From: Vicinamibacterales bacterium
GTDB taxonomy: Bacteria; Acidobacteriota; Vicinamibacteria; Vicinamibacterales; UBA2999
Length of the DNA: 64,000 bases
Direction: 5' to 3'
NCBI GenBank assembly: GCA_035575715.1
Contig: DATLXN010000006.1
Location: forward strand, 6,476-70,475
The first letter of the stretch is position 1, and every line of letters begins with the position of its first letter. Of this stretch, positions 27,208 through 36,298 are shown in pieces. Position numbers and translations under genes: made by a program. Under the pieces are notes generated by a model, which was not told where the DNA came from, ran no database searches, and was given only the letters and a program-made list of their open reading frames with translations.

Positions 27208-27923
27208 TACTGTCCGAAAAGTTTATTCCAGATACCCGGCGCACGCAGCGCCCCGGTCGCCGGCTCGAGGATGAAGTGCTGGCCGCCCAACGTCGACGCG
27301 AATGATTCGTCAGCCGTGATCGCCAGGACCGCCAGGTCCCGCGCCTTCGCGACTCGCCGCACATCGGCTGCAAAGGGTTTGACCATGTCGCGCGGCAGCG
27401 TCGCGGACGGGTGCTCGACGAACAGCACCGACGGTTCGAGTGCGAGCGCCCGCGCCAGCCGCACGCGGGCTTGAACCTGCGGCGCGGCGTTACCGACGAG
27501 CATCCCGAGGTCCGCCGCGATCAGGCCGACCTCGAGCGCCAGGGCCGCTACACGGGCTCGGAATTCGTCGGCCACCGGGTCAACATCCAACGTGAACGGC
27601 ATGGCAATGTTCTGCTCGACGGTGAACTGACCAATCAACACCGCTCGATCGGTGACGATGCCGACCCGATCGAGCATCGCCAGCCACGCTTCGCTGTCGG
27701 TGACCGACGCGGTCGATGCGCCAAACAACTGGATATCACCGCTGTCCGCGAGCACGGCACCGGTCAGTAAGCCAATCAACATTTCCGCCGCGCCGGCGTC
27801 GAGGCCGCTGACCGACACTACATCGCCACGCGACAAGGTGAGCGCTTGAATGCGCAGCGGTCGCAGCGCCTGGTAATTCTTGACCAGACCGGTGACCGTG
27901 ACCAGCGGCGCCCGAGACGTCAT
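27207..27923 (-). CDS. ABC-ATPase-like protein with degenerate catalytic motifs (probable pseudo-ATPase)
   Basis: ABC-fold collinearity (VTVTGLVKNYQALRPL...GDVVSVSG). However, Walker A is GLDAGAAE, the signature is GNAAPQVQARVRLARAL, Walker B is VLFVEHP and the H-loop is ITAD. Confidence 0.7.
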   Translation of the reverse strand: MTSRAPLVTVTGLVKNYQALRPLRIQALTLSRGDVVSVSGLDAGAAEMLIGLLTGAVLADSGDIQLFGASTASVTDSEAWLAMLDRVGIVTDRAVLIGQFTVEQNIAMPFTLDVDPVADEFRARVAALALEVGLIAADLGMLVGNAAPQVQARVRLARALALEPSVLFVEHPSATLPRDMVKPFAADVRRVAKARDLAVLAITADESFASTLGGQHFILEPATGALRAPGIWNKLFGQ

Positions 27924-28738
27924 GCGCGCGCGGCGACGAGACGCTGATACTCGCCCTCGGGGAGCGTCGACCGACCGAGATGACGGTCGCGGTCATCGTC
28001 GCCGTGATAATCGGAGCCCCCGGTGATCAGCAGGGCGTGTTGGCTCGCAAATGCCAGCAACTCGCGCTGCAATTCGGCATTGTGATCGGAGTGATACACC
28101 TCGATCGCATCGAGACCGGCGTCAACCAACCGCGCCATCACCGCCGGCTGTCGGGTCACGCCCGGATGCGCCATCGACGCCAGGCCGCGCGCCTGGTGAA
28201 TCACGTCGACGACCTCGCCAGGGGTCGGGCCCTGGCGCGGTACGAACGCCGGTTGGCCGGCTGCCAGATACCGATCGAACGCTTCCTGCATCGACCCGAC
28301 ATGGCCGCTGTCGATCAACGCGCGCGCAATCACGGGACGGCCGACCGACGCGCCGGGTCGCCGGCCCGCGCCGGCCAGTAGTGCGGGGATGTCGATCGCG
28401 ATACCCAGCGACGCCAGCCGCGCGCCGATGTCGTGCACGCGTGCGATCCGTCGCGATCGTTGTGTCTGGAGAAATGTGCCCAGCGCAGCGTCGGCCGTAT
28501 CGATGAAGTAGCCGAGCATGTGCACATCGCGCCCCTCGTGGACCGCTGTGATCTCGATGCCATCAATGAGCTCGACGCCGGCCGCAGTGGCCGCGGCACG
28601 CACGTCCGTCAACCCGGCCACCGTGTCGTGGTCGGTGACACTCATCACCGTGATCCCCGCTGCTGCGACGCGTCGGACCAGCTCGGCCGGCGCGAGGCGC
28701 CCGTCCGAGGCGGTGGTGTGGAGGTGGAGGTCGATCAC
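27920..28738 (-). CDS. PHP-domain metal-dependent phosphoesterase (TrpH/YciV-like)
   Basis: MIDLHLHTTASDGRLAPAELV...SVTDHDTVAG...GGSDYHG. The GTG start overlaps the upstream stop. Confidence 0.85.
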   Translation of the reverse strand: MIDLHLHTTASDGRLAPAELVRRVAAAGITVMSVTDHDTVAGLTDVRAAATAAGVELIDGIEITAVHEGRDVHMLGYFIDTADAALGTFLQTQRSRRIARVHDIGARLASLGIAIDIPALLAGAGRRPGASVGRPVIARALIDSGHVGSMQEAFDRYLAAGQPAFVPRQGPTPGEVVDVIHQARGLASMAHPGVTRQPAVMARLVDAGLDAIEVYHSDHNAELQRELLAFASQHALLITGGSDYHGDDDRDRHLGRSTLPEGEYQRLVAARA

Positions 28739-29721
28739 CGCGACGCGGCGTGGCGCGGCGTCGAGGCGCGCGATGCCTTGGTCTTGCGCTTGCCCTGACG
28801 ACGGAGGAGGGCGCGATATTCGCGGATCAGCATCTCGAGGTGATCGCGTTCTTCGTCAGCAAACTCGAGGAAGATTTGTTTGCCTTCTGAATCTTCAAAC
28901 CGCTCGCCGTACTTCTTGAAGAAGCGATGTGAACCGCGCTCGCAGCGGATGCCGATCTTGTAGGCTTCGCGGTCGTTGATGCCCTCTTCGAGCAGTTCGT
29001 CAGCGCCGCGTGCGAACAGGCCGTTGGCCGCGCCTTTGAAAAACAGGAAGGTGGGATGCGATTCGAGCTGCGGATCCTGTTCGAGAAGCTTCTGGTAGCG
29101 CTTCTCGAGCGTGCTCATGTGCTCTTTCTCTTCTTCGGCCAACCGCTGGAACACACTCCGGCCGCGCGGGTCTTTGGTCACGCGCGCGGCGCGGGTGTAG
29201 AACTCCAACCCGCTGCGTTCGGTGGCAATGGCCATCCGTAACGCATCGCGGGCAAACAGCAATTCGCTGGTCGCGCCTTCTTCGACCGGCGGGCGGCCGG
29301 TGCGGCAGGAGTCGCACGTGCCGTAAATCTGCACCACACTCTGGCGCGCCGTAAAGCCGCGTGCCGCCGCGACTTCTTCAACCAGCGCCTCGATGTCCGA
29401 GCTGAGAAATTCGTACGAGCGATTGCAGCTCTTACAAATCAGGTGGAAATGACGGGGATGACGATACGAATGTTCGAAGCGGAAGCGGCCTTCGCCGAAG
29501 TCGACCTTGCGGGCGATCCCGGCTTCGACCATCCATTGCAGCGTCCGATAGACGGTCGCGCGGCTCGTGCCGTGGTCTTCACGTTTGATCAGATCGACCA
29601 GATCGTCCGCGCTCAAGTGTCCCTCCTGACGGAGGAACACCTTGACGATAAGGTCGCGCTTGCTCGACCGCTTGGTGCCAGCCGGCCGCAGACGCTCGAG
29701 ATCCGGGAGGGCTGTTGCCAT
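28735..29721 (-). CDS. Fur-family transcriptional regulator fused to a rubrerythrin/ferritin-like di-iron domain
   Basis: The N-terminal half is Fur-like (ATVYRTLQWMVEAGIARKV, HFHLICKSC...CDSC). The C-terminal half has four-helix-bundle ligand motifs (ERSGLEFY, EEEKEH, ERGSHRFF, EERDH). Confidence 0.8.
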   Translation of the reverse strand: MATALPDLERLRPAGTKRSSKRDLIVKVFLRQEGHLSADDLVDLIKREDHGTSRATVYRTLQWMVEAGIARKVDFGEGRFRFEHSYRHPRHFHLICKSCNRSYEFLSSDIEALVEEVAAARGFTARQSVVQIYGTCDSCRTGRPPVEEGATSELLFARDALRMAIATERSGLEFYTRAARVTKDPRGRSVFQRLAEEEKEHMSTLEKRYQKLLEQDPQLESHPTFLFFKGAANGLFARGADELLEEGINDREAYKIGIRCERGSHRFFKKYGERFEDSEGKQIFLEFADEERDHLEMLIREYRALLRRQGKRKTKASRASTPRHAASR

Positions 29722-29745
29722 CGACGATTCAGCTCGCGTGAGGGC

Positions 29746-30123
29746 CTAAACGTTGAATGACGAGCCGCAGCCGCAGGTCGACGTCGCGTTCGGGTTCTTG
29801 ATGGTGAAGCCGCCGCCGGTAATGGTGTCGACGAAATCCACCTCAGCACCCTTCAGGTAGCTCAGGCTGACCGGATCGACATACAGCTTGATGCCGTTGG
29901 AATCGAACGTCTGATCGCCAACTCCACCGTTTTCTTCGATCATCAAACCGTATTGAAAGCCCGAGCAACCGCCGCCCTGCACAAAGACGCGCAGACCGCT
30001 CTCGGCCTTGTTTTCCTCAGCCAGCAGGTCCTTGATTTTTAACGCGGCGGGTTCGGTCACCGTGATGAAACCGGGCATGCTGACCGGGGGCGTGACGCTG
30101 GGTGTTTGAACTTGAGTTTCCAT
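29746..30123 (-). CDS. erpA: Iron-sulfur cluster insertion protein, IscA/ErpA (HesB) family
   Basis: 125 aa, with GGGCSGFQY and the C-terminal CGCGSSFNV. Confidence 0.85.
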   Translation of the reverse strand: METQVQTPSVTPPVSMPGFITVTEPAALKIKDLLAEENKAESGLRVFVQGGGCSGFQYGLMIEENGGVGDQTFDSNGIKLYVDPVSLSYLKGAEVDFVDTITGGGFTIKNPNATSTCGCGSSFNV

Positions 30124-30174
30124 GGCTCTTCCAGTTTATCACCGAACGCCGAGCGTCCGGGCCCGTGAATGGCG

Positions 30175-31710
30175 CTAAAACCTTGCGCCAGCAAGGGTTT
30201 GCAGTTCTGCCGCGGACTGCTCTTCAACGTCTTTATGCAGACTATTGCCGTGTGAATCCATCGTCACGATGGCCGGAAAGTCCCGCAAATTTAGATGCCA
30301 CATTGCCTCGGGCGTTCCAAACTCGAGCAGTGACACGCCTTCGACCCGGTCGATACAACGGGCGTAGAACTGGGCCGCTCCGCCGATCGCGTTGAGATAC
30401 ACGGCCCCGCTGTCCTGGAGAGCGGCGAGCGTCTTGCCGCCCATGCCGCCCTTGCCCATCACGACGCGGATGCCGTATTTCCTAATCAAATCGCCCTGAT
30501 AAGGCTCTTCGCGGATGCTCGTCGTGGGGCCCGCAGCGGTCACCCGCCAGCCCTCGCCCTCTTTAACCACGACCGGCCCGCAGTGATAGATCACCGCGCC
30601 GCGCAAGTCGACTGGCGGCTCGTGACTGACCAAGTGGTGATGCACCGCGTCGCGCCCGGTATACGCGCGGCCGGTCAGCAACACGACATCACCGACCTTG
30701 AGCGATCGGATCGTGGCCTCGTCGAGCGGTGTGGTCAACGCCACCTCCCGCCCGGTGCGCCGGAATCCCGCCTGGTCCATCATCGGCACGGTCGGGACCA
30801 CCGGATCGCGGTACAGCCACTGCGTGATCGCGCCGCTGGTCGCGTCGAGGACGACGCCGAGACGGCGATAGGCCCAGCAGTCGTAGGCGACGGAGACGAA
30901 AAAGCTCGCGGGCAGCCGATTCAGTGCGCCGATCTTGCAGCCGATCAGCGACACGCGACCCCCGAAGCCCATCGTGCCGACGCCGAGCGTATTGACCGTG
31001 CCCATGATTTCCGCTTCGAGATCGGCGAGCCGTGAATCGCTGTTCACGTCGTCGAGCGTGCGGAACAACTGCTCTTTCGCGTGGAGGTACCCGGAGGTGC
31101 GGTCGCCGCCGATACAGACGCCGATCGCGCCGGGGGCGCAGCCTTTGCCTTGCGCCTGCCACACCGCGTGCAGAATGCATTTGCGCACGCCGTCAATGGT
31201 CCGGTCGGCGCGCCCCAAATGCGGCAACTCGGTCGGGACGGAATACTGCGCGTTCATGTTCTCGCAGCCGCCGCCCTTCAGGATCAGCTTCACCTCAATG
31301 TCGTCACGTTCCCATTGCTCGAAGTGAATGATCGGCGTGCCGGGACCAAGGTTGTTGCCGCTGTTCTCGCCAGTCAGTGAATCGACCGAATTGGGACGCA
31401 GCTTGCCGCGTTTGGTGGCTTCGGCAATCGCGCTCTTGATCTGCTGCTTCATCCAGATCTGATTGGCGCCGACCGGCGCCTTGACTTCAAAGGTGGGCAT
31501 GCCAGTATCCTGGCAAATCGCGCCTTCGGCGTCGGCCGCCTGGTCGATGTTCTGGGCGATGATCGTCAGGGCCTGCGCGGCCCTGGTCTCCTCAGGCTCC
31601 TCGCTCATCGCGACGCGCATCGCCGCGCGGACGTCCGGCGGCAGGTCGGTGGACGTCTTGATGATCAGAGAGACGACAGAGTCAAAAAAGCCGGGGAGCA
31701 TACGGTGCAA
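30175..31710 (-). CDS. Class I (Fe-S) fumarate hydratase / tartrate dehydratase-type hydro-lyase, fused alpha-beta
   Basis: 511 aa. Alpha-region motif ICQDTGMPTF, beta-region GKGGMG. Confidence 0.85.
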   Translation of the reverse strand: MHRMLPGFFDSVVSLIIKTSTDLPPDVRAAMRVAMSEEPEETRAAQALTIIAQNIDQAADAEGAICQDTGMPTFEVKAPVGANQIWMKQQIKSAIAEATKRGKLRPNSVDSLTGENSGNNLGPGTPIIHFEQWERDDIEVKLILKGGGCENMNAQYSVPTELPHLGRADRTIDGVRKCILHAVWQAQGKGCAPGAIGVCIGGDRTSGYLHAKEQLFRTLDDVNSDSRLADLEAEIMGTVNTLGVGTMGFGGRVSLIGCKIGALNRLPASFFVSVAYDCWAYRRLGVVLDATSGAITQWLYRDPVVPTVPMMDQAGFRRTGREVALTTPLDEATIRSLKVGDVVLLTGRAYTGRDAVHHHLVSHEPPVDLRGAVIYHCGPVVVKEGEGWRVTAAGPTTSIREEPYQGDLIRKYGIRVVMGKGGMGGKTLAALQDSGAVYLNAIGGAAQFYARCIDRVEGVSLLEFGTPEAMWHLNLRDFPAIVTMDSHGNSLHKDVEEQSAAELQTLAGARF

Positions 31711-31767
31711 GTCTAGCAGCCGGTCCGCCAGCGAAACAAAAGCCTCGCCGGCCCCGTCTCATCGAAG

Positions 31768-34215
31768 ATGCGTCATGCACTTCGGCGGCTGTTCTCCACC
31801 CCGGCGTTTTCGCTGACGGCAGCGATCACACTGGCAGCAGCGATCGGCGCCAACGCGCTGATCTTCAGCATCGTCTACGGCGTCCTGCTCAAACCGCTGC
31901 CGTTTGCAGACCCCGGGACATTGGTCGGCGTCTGGCATGTCGCCCCAGGCTTGATGCCCGGTCCACTCAATCAAGCACCATCCACCTACTTCGCGTATCG
32001 CGAACAAGGAAACACGTTCGAGGACATCGGGCTGTGGGATACCGCCACGGTGACGGTCACCGGCCGCGGCAATCCGGAAGAGCTCGACGCGATCATGGTG
32101 ACCGACGCGACGCTCCCTCTGCTCGGCGTCCGTCCGGTGCTCGGCCGGGTGTTCAGCAAGCAGGACGACTCGCCCGGCACTCCCCAAACGGTTCTGATCA
32201 GTCACGACTACTGGCAACGTGCGTTCAACAGCGATCGCGGCGCCGTGGGTCAATCGATCACCATTGACGGCACGCCGCGCGAAGTGATTGGCGTGCTCCC
32301 CGGCGGCTTTCGCTTCTTGCGGCATGACCCGGACATGCTCACGCCCATGCGATTCAACCGCGCCGAGACCAAGATTGGCCAGTTCGGCTACCAGGGGATC
32401 GCCCGACTGAAGCCAGGCGTGACCCTGGACGCCGCCAATGCCGATCTCGCGCGGATTATCCCGAATCTGGTGAACATGTTCGCCATGCCAGACGGCTTCA
32501 CGCGCCAGATGTTCGACGAGATCAAGCTGGCACCCAATGTCCGGCCCTTGAGCGAGGACGTGATCGGCGACATCGGGAAATTACTGTGGGTGCTGCTCGG
32601 GACCGTCGGCGTGATGCTGCTGGTCGCCTGCGCCAACGTCGCCAACCTGTTCCTGGTCCGCGCCGAGGGGCGCCAACAGGAGATCGCGGTTCGCCTGGCG
32701 CTCGGCGCCGGGCGCGGGCGCATCGCCCGCGAACTGTTGACAGAATCGCTGTTGCTCGGCCTGATCGGCGGAGTCTTCGGGCTGGCACTGGCCTACGCCG
32801 GCATCCAACTGCTGTTGGCGCTCGAGCCGGCCCGCTTGCCGCGACTCGATGAGATCGCCATCGATCCGATCGTGATGCTCTTTACGCTCGGCATTTCCCT
32901 GCTGGCCGGCCTGTTGTTCGGGCTGGTACCGGTGCTGAAGTACGCCCGACCGCAATTGGCGATGGCGCTGAAAGAAAACGGCCGCGGCTCGAGCGACGGG
33001 CGCGACCGCCACCGCACCCGCAACACACTGGTGGTGGCGCAAGTCGCCCTCGCGCTCGTGCTTCTGGTCGGCTCCGGCTTGATGATCCGGACCTTTGTCG
33101 CGATGCGCGACGTCGCACCGGGATTTACCGACCCGGCACGCGTCTTGACGCTACGCGTGGCGATTCCCGCGGCGGTGATCGGCGACGCGGCGCAGGTCGC
33201 GCAGACCTACGAGCAACTGGTCCGACGCATCGAGGGGATCGCGGGCGTGTCCTCCGTGGGCCTGACCTCGTCGATCACCATGGACGGGTGGGACAGTAAC
33301 GATCCGTTGTTTGCAGACGGCGTCTCGGTCCCTGACGGCAAGCTGCCATCGCTGCGCCGCTTCAAATGGATCGGCGAGAACTACTTCCGGACGATGGGCA
33401 ATCCCATTGTGGCGGGGCGCGACATCACCTGGTCGGACATTCACAACCGTCGCAAGGTCGCGATCCTGAGTGACAATCTCGCCCGCGAGTTTTTTGGCAC
33501 GCCACAAGCCGCGATCGGACGTCGCGTCCGTCAGTCGCCAAGCAACCCATGGCGCGAGGTGATTGGTGTCGTCGGCGACGAGCACGACGACGGCGTGACC
33601 AAGGGCGCGACGTCGATGGTCTATTGGCCGATCCTGATGGAGGGCTTCTACGACGAAGGGGTGGTGGCGCAACGCGCGCTCGCGTTTGCCATTCGCACGG
33701 AGCGCCTGCATGACGCCGGGTTTCTCGGCGAGGTGCAACGCGCCGTGTGGGCGGTCAATCCGAACTTGCCTGTTGCCGGGGTCGAGACGCTCCGCGAGTT
33801 GTACGACGAATCGATGGCGCAAACGTCGTTCACGCTGGTCATCCTCGGCATTGCGTCCGCGGTCACGCTGCTGCTCGGCGTCGTCGGGATCTACGGCGTG
33901 ATCGCGTATGTCGTGGTGCAGCGGCGGCGTGAAGTGGGGATTCGGATGGCGCTTGGCGCGGCAGCGGGGGAAGTGCAGCGCTTGTTCGTCCGCCACGGAT
34001 TGATCGTTGCCGGGATTGGGCTGCTGATCGGCACGGTGGCGGCGGCTGCCGGGAGCCGGCTGCTCAGCTCGCTGCTGTTCAACGTCAGCCCGCTCGACCC
34101 GGTGACATTTGGCGGCGGCATCGTGACACTGGCGCTCGTCGCCCTATTCGCGACCTGGCTCCCGGCGCGTCGCGCGACCCAGGTGGATCCGGTCATCGCC
34201 CTGCGCGGCGACTAG
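31768..34215 (+). CDS. ADOP-family duplicated FtsX/MacB-like permease
   Basis: 815 aa with two MacB_PCD + FtsX modules. N-terminus MRHALRRLFSTPAFSLTAAITLA, C-terminus ATQVDPVIALRGD. No cognate ATPase is adjacent. Confidence 0.85.
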   Translation: MRHALRRLFSTPAFSLTAAITLAAAIGANALIFSIVYGVLLKPLPFADPGTLVGVWHVAPGLMPGPLNQAPSTYFAYREQGNTFEDIGLWDTATVTVTGRGNPEELDAIMVTDATLPLLGVRPVLGRVFSKQDDSPGTPQTVLISHDYWQRAFNSDRGAVGQSITIDGTPREVIGVLPGGFRFLRHDPDMLTPMRFNRAETKIGQFGYQGIARLKPGVTLDAANADLARIIPNLVNMFAMPDGFTRQMFDEIKLAPNVRPLSEDVIGDIGKLLWVLLGTVGVMLLVACANVANLFLVRAEGRQQEIAVRLALGAGRGRIARELLTESLLLGLIGGVFGLALAYAGIQLLLALEPARLPRLDEIAIDPIVMLFTLGISLLAGLLFGLVPVLKYARPQLAMALKENGRGSSDGRDRHRTRNTLVVAQVALALVLLVGSGLMIRTFVAMRDVAPGFTDPARVLTLRVAIPAAVIGDAAQVAQTYEQLVRRIEGIAGVSSVGLTSSITMDGWDSNDPLFADGVSVPDGKLPSLRRFKWIGENYFRTMGNPIVAGRDITWSDIHNRRKVAILSDNLAREFFGTPQAAIGRRVRQSPSNPWREVIGVVGDEHDDGVTKGATSMVYWPILMEGFYDEGVVAQRALAFAIRTERLHDAGFLGEVQRAVWAVNPNLPVAGVETLRELYDESMAQTSFTLVILGIASAVTLLLGVVGIYGVIAYVVVQRRREVGIRMALGAAAGEVQRLFVRHGLIVAGIGLLIGTVAAAAGSRLLSSLLFNVSPLDPVTFGGGIVTLALVALFATWLPARRATQVDPVIALRGD

Positions 34216-34218
34216 CGC

Positions 34219-34239
34219 GATAATTCAAGGACCATGTCG
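34219..34239 (+). repeat. Copy 1 of a duplicated 21-nt promoter/start cassette
   Basis: GATAATTCAAGGACCATGTCG. Twenty of its 21 positions match 34892-34912. Its ATG (34234) opens a 16-codon signal-peptide-like ORF closed by TAA. Confidence 0.8.
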
Positions 34240-34305
34240 CTCACGATCCTCGCGGTGTTGCTAACGGTGTCTCTGGCCTTGTAATCTCAAGCAACGATTC
34301 CTGAA

Positions 34306-34830
34306 ATGCTTGTCGAAGCAGGGCAGTCGCGGACGCGCGGGACCACGGTGCCGTCTGGGCCGCCGCCGCACATCGACGAGATTCTCAGAGATACGCAGCT
34401 GATCGTGCGCGGAGTCGTAGGGCGACCACGCAGCTACCTGTCCCCGGATCAGCGCTACGTCTTCACCGATTACCCCATTGAAAGGCCGGCAATTCTCTAC
34501 CAGCGGATCATCGACGCGTCCCGGCACCCGGGCAACGTGCCGGGCGTGACGCTGACGGTTCTTGGCGGGTCGGTCGTCATCAACGGGTTGACCTTTACCG
34601 AAGCAGTGGGCGCGTTGCCCTCGATCGAGCCGGGGACCGACTGTCTGCTCTTGCTGAGCAAAAAGGACGGCAAATTGGTGTTGGCCGGTTCGTACTACGG
34701 TGCGTTTTCTGTTGCGGCGAACGTCTTGGTGCCACTGACCAGAAAGCAGGGCTTTGCTCTCGAGCATGCCGGTGCGGACGCGACCAGGGCAATACGGGAC
34801 CTCGTCGATCGGCTGCACCGGCAACGATAA
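34306..34830 (+). CDS. Hypothetical protein (possibly a secreted protein whose signal peptide is cut off by an in-frame TAA)
   Basis: 174-aa ORF. In the same frame upstream, the ATG at 34234 encodes MSLTILAVLLTVSLAL, followed by TAA (34282-34284). Confidence 0.5.
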   Translation: MLVEAGQSRTRGTTVPSGPPPHIDEILRDTQLIVRGVVGRPRSYLSPDQRYVFTDYPIERPAILYQRIIDASRHPGNVPGVTLTVLGGSVVINGLTFTEAVGALPSIEPGTDCLLLLSKKDGKLVLAGSYYGAFSVAANVLVPLTRKQGFALEHAGADATRAIRDLVDRLHRQR

Positions 34831-34891
34831 CGTCTCCGGCACACCTTGTTCGGCTTCTGCGGAAAGTGGCCTGGCAACCCGCCCGTCCGGT

Positions 34892-34912
34892 GATAATTCA
34901 AGGACGATGTCG
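34892..34912 (+). repeat. Copy 2 of the duplicated 21-nt promoter/start cassette (aspA start)
   Basis: GATAATTCAAGGACGATGTCG. It contains a GATAAT -10-like box, an AAGGA SD and the aspA ATG (34907). Confidence 0.8.
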
Positions 34913-36298
34913 TTCCGCACCGAACGCGACCCGCTTGGCGAGTTCCGCGTGCCGTCCGACGCCTACTACGGCGTCCAGACCGAACGCGCGCGCACCAACT
35001 TTCCGATCAGCGGTCTGACCGCGCCGGAGAGTCTCGTCACCGCGACGGCGCTGGTCAAGCGCGCGGCCGCCGAGGCCAACCGCGATCTTCACCGCCTCGA
35101 GCCGCGCATTGCCGACGCGATCATTGCGGCGGCCGATGAGATCGTCTCCGGACAATTTCGCGACCAGTTCGTCGTCGACGTCTACCAGGCCGGCGCCGGC
35201 ACGTCGCACAATATGAACGCCAACGAGGTGCTAGCCAATCGCGCCGCTGAATTGCTCGGCGGGACGAAAGGCACCTACACCGACGTCCATCCCAACGATC
35301 ACGTCAACATGGGCCAGTCGACCAATGACGTGTTTCCGACCGCGACGCGGATCGCGCTGGCGTCGCGCCATGTCGCCTTTGCCGCCGAGACGCGCGAACT
35401 GGCCGCTGCACTTGATCGCAAGGCGACTGAGTTCGCTGATGTCTTGAAAGTCGGCCGCACGCACCTGCAGGATGCGGTGCCGATCACGCTGGGGCAGGAG
35501 TTCGGCGGCTACGCGGCCTGTGTGTCCGCCGCCGCGGATGGAGCCGACGCCGCCGCGGCAGGGCTGCATGAACTGAACCTGGGTGCCACGGCACTCGGCA
35601 CTGGCCTCAACGCAGGTGATGACTACACGCGACTGGCCGTCGCCGCCCTCGCGCGTTTGACGAAACTGCCCCTGCGGCCGGCGAGCAATCGTTTTCGCGT
35701 CACCCAAAGCATGGGCGACGTCGTCGCCTACTCCGGTGCGTTACGCCGCACGGCGGTCGAGGTCAGCAAGATCGCCAGTGATCTGCGATTGCTGTCGATG
35801 GGTCCCCGCGCCGGCATCGCCGAAATCAAACTGCCAGCGGTGCAACCGGGCTCGTCGATCATGCCCGGCAAGGTCAACCCGTCGGTGCCGGAAATGGTCA
35901 ATCAGGTCTGCTACCAGGTCTATGGCTGCGACACGACGATCATGATGGCCGGCGACGCCGGGCAGCTCGAGTTGAACGTGATGATGCCGGTGATTGCCTG
36001 GAACGCGCTGCACGCGCAACTGATCCTCACCAACGCCATGAAAGTGCTGCGTGAGCGAACCATCGATGGCATCGAGGCCGATCGGCAACGCAGCCGCGAG
36101 CTGCTCGATCGCAGCACGGCGATGGCTACGGCGTTGAGTCCGCACATCGGTTACGCGGCAACCGCCGAAATCGCGAAGGCGTCGGTCGCCTCCGGCCGAT
36201 CGATTCGCGACCTGGTGCTCGAGCGTGGCCTGCTGCCCGCTGCGGACCTCGATCGCATCCTCAGCGCCGAGGCAATGACGACGCCGGGGATTAAATGA
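34907..36298 (+). CDS. aspA: Aspartate ammonia-lyase
   Basis: ORF 34754..36298 trimmed to the ATG at 34907 (MSFRTERDPLGEFRVPSDAYYGVQT). The sequence is AspA-like throughout (DQFVVDVYQAGAGTSHNMNANEVLAN, NDHVNMGQSTND, LPAVQPGSSIMPGKVNP). Confidence 0.85.
   Translation: MSFRTERDPLGEFRVPSDAYYGVQTERARTNFPISGLTAPESLVTATALVKRAAAEANRDLHRLEPRIADAIIAAADEIVSGQFRDQFVVDVYQAGAGTSHNMNANEVLANRAAELLGGTKGTYTDVHPNDHVNMGQSTNDVFPTATRIALASRHVAFAAETRELAAALDRKATEFADVLKVGRTHLQDAVPITLGQEFGGYAACVSAAADGADAAAAGLHELNLGATALGTGLNAGDDYTRLAVAALARLTKLPLRPASNRFRVTQSMGDVVAYSGALRRTAVEVSKIASDLRLLSMGPRAGIAEIKLPAVQPGSSIMPGKVNPSVPEMVNQVCYQVYGCDTTIMMAGDAGQLELNVMMPVIAWNALHAQLILTNAMKVLRERTIDGIEADRQRSRELLDRSTAMATALSPHIGYAATAEIAKASVASGRSIRDLVLERGLLPAADLDRILSAEAMTTPGIK

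Noticed and set aside
34219-34224. GATAAT boxes at 34219 and 34892 as Fur boxes for the nearby Fur-like regulator
   Set aside because: Only a single hexamer is present, without the 7-1-7 inverted arrangement. A -10 element is the better explanation.
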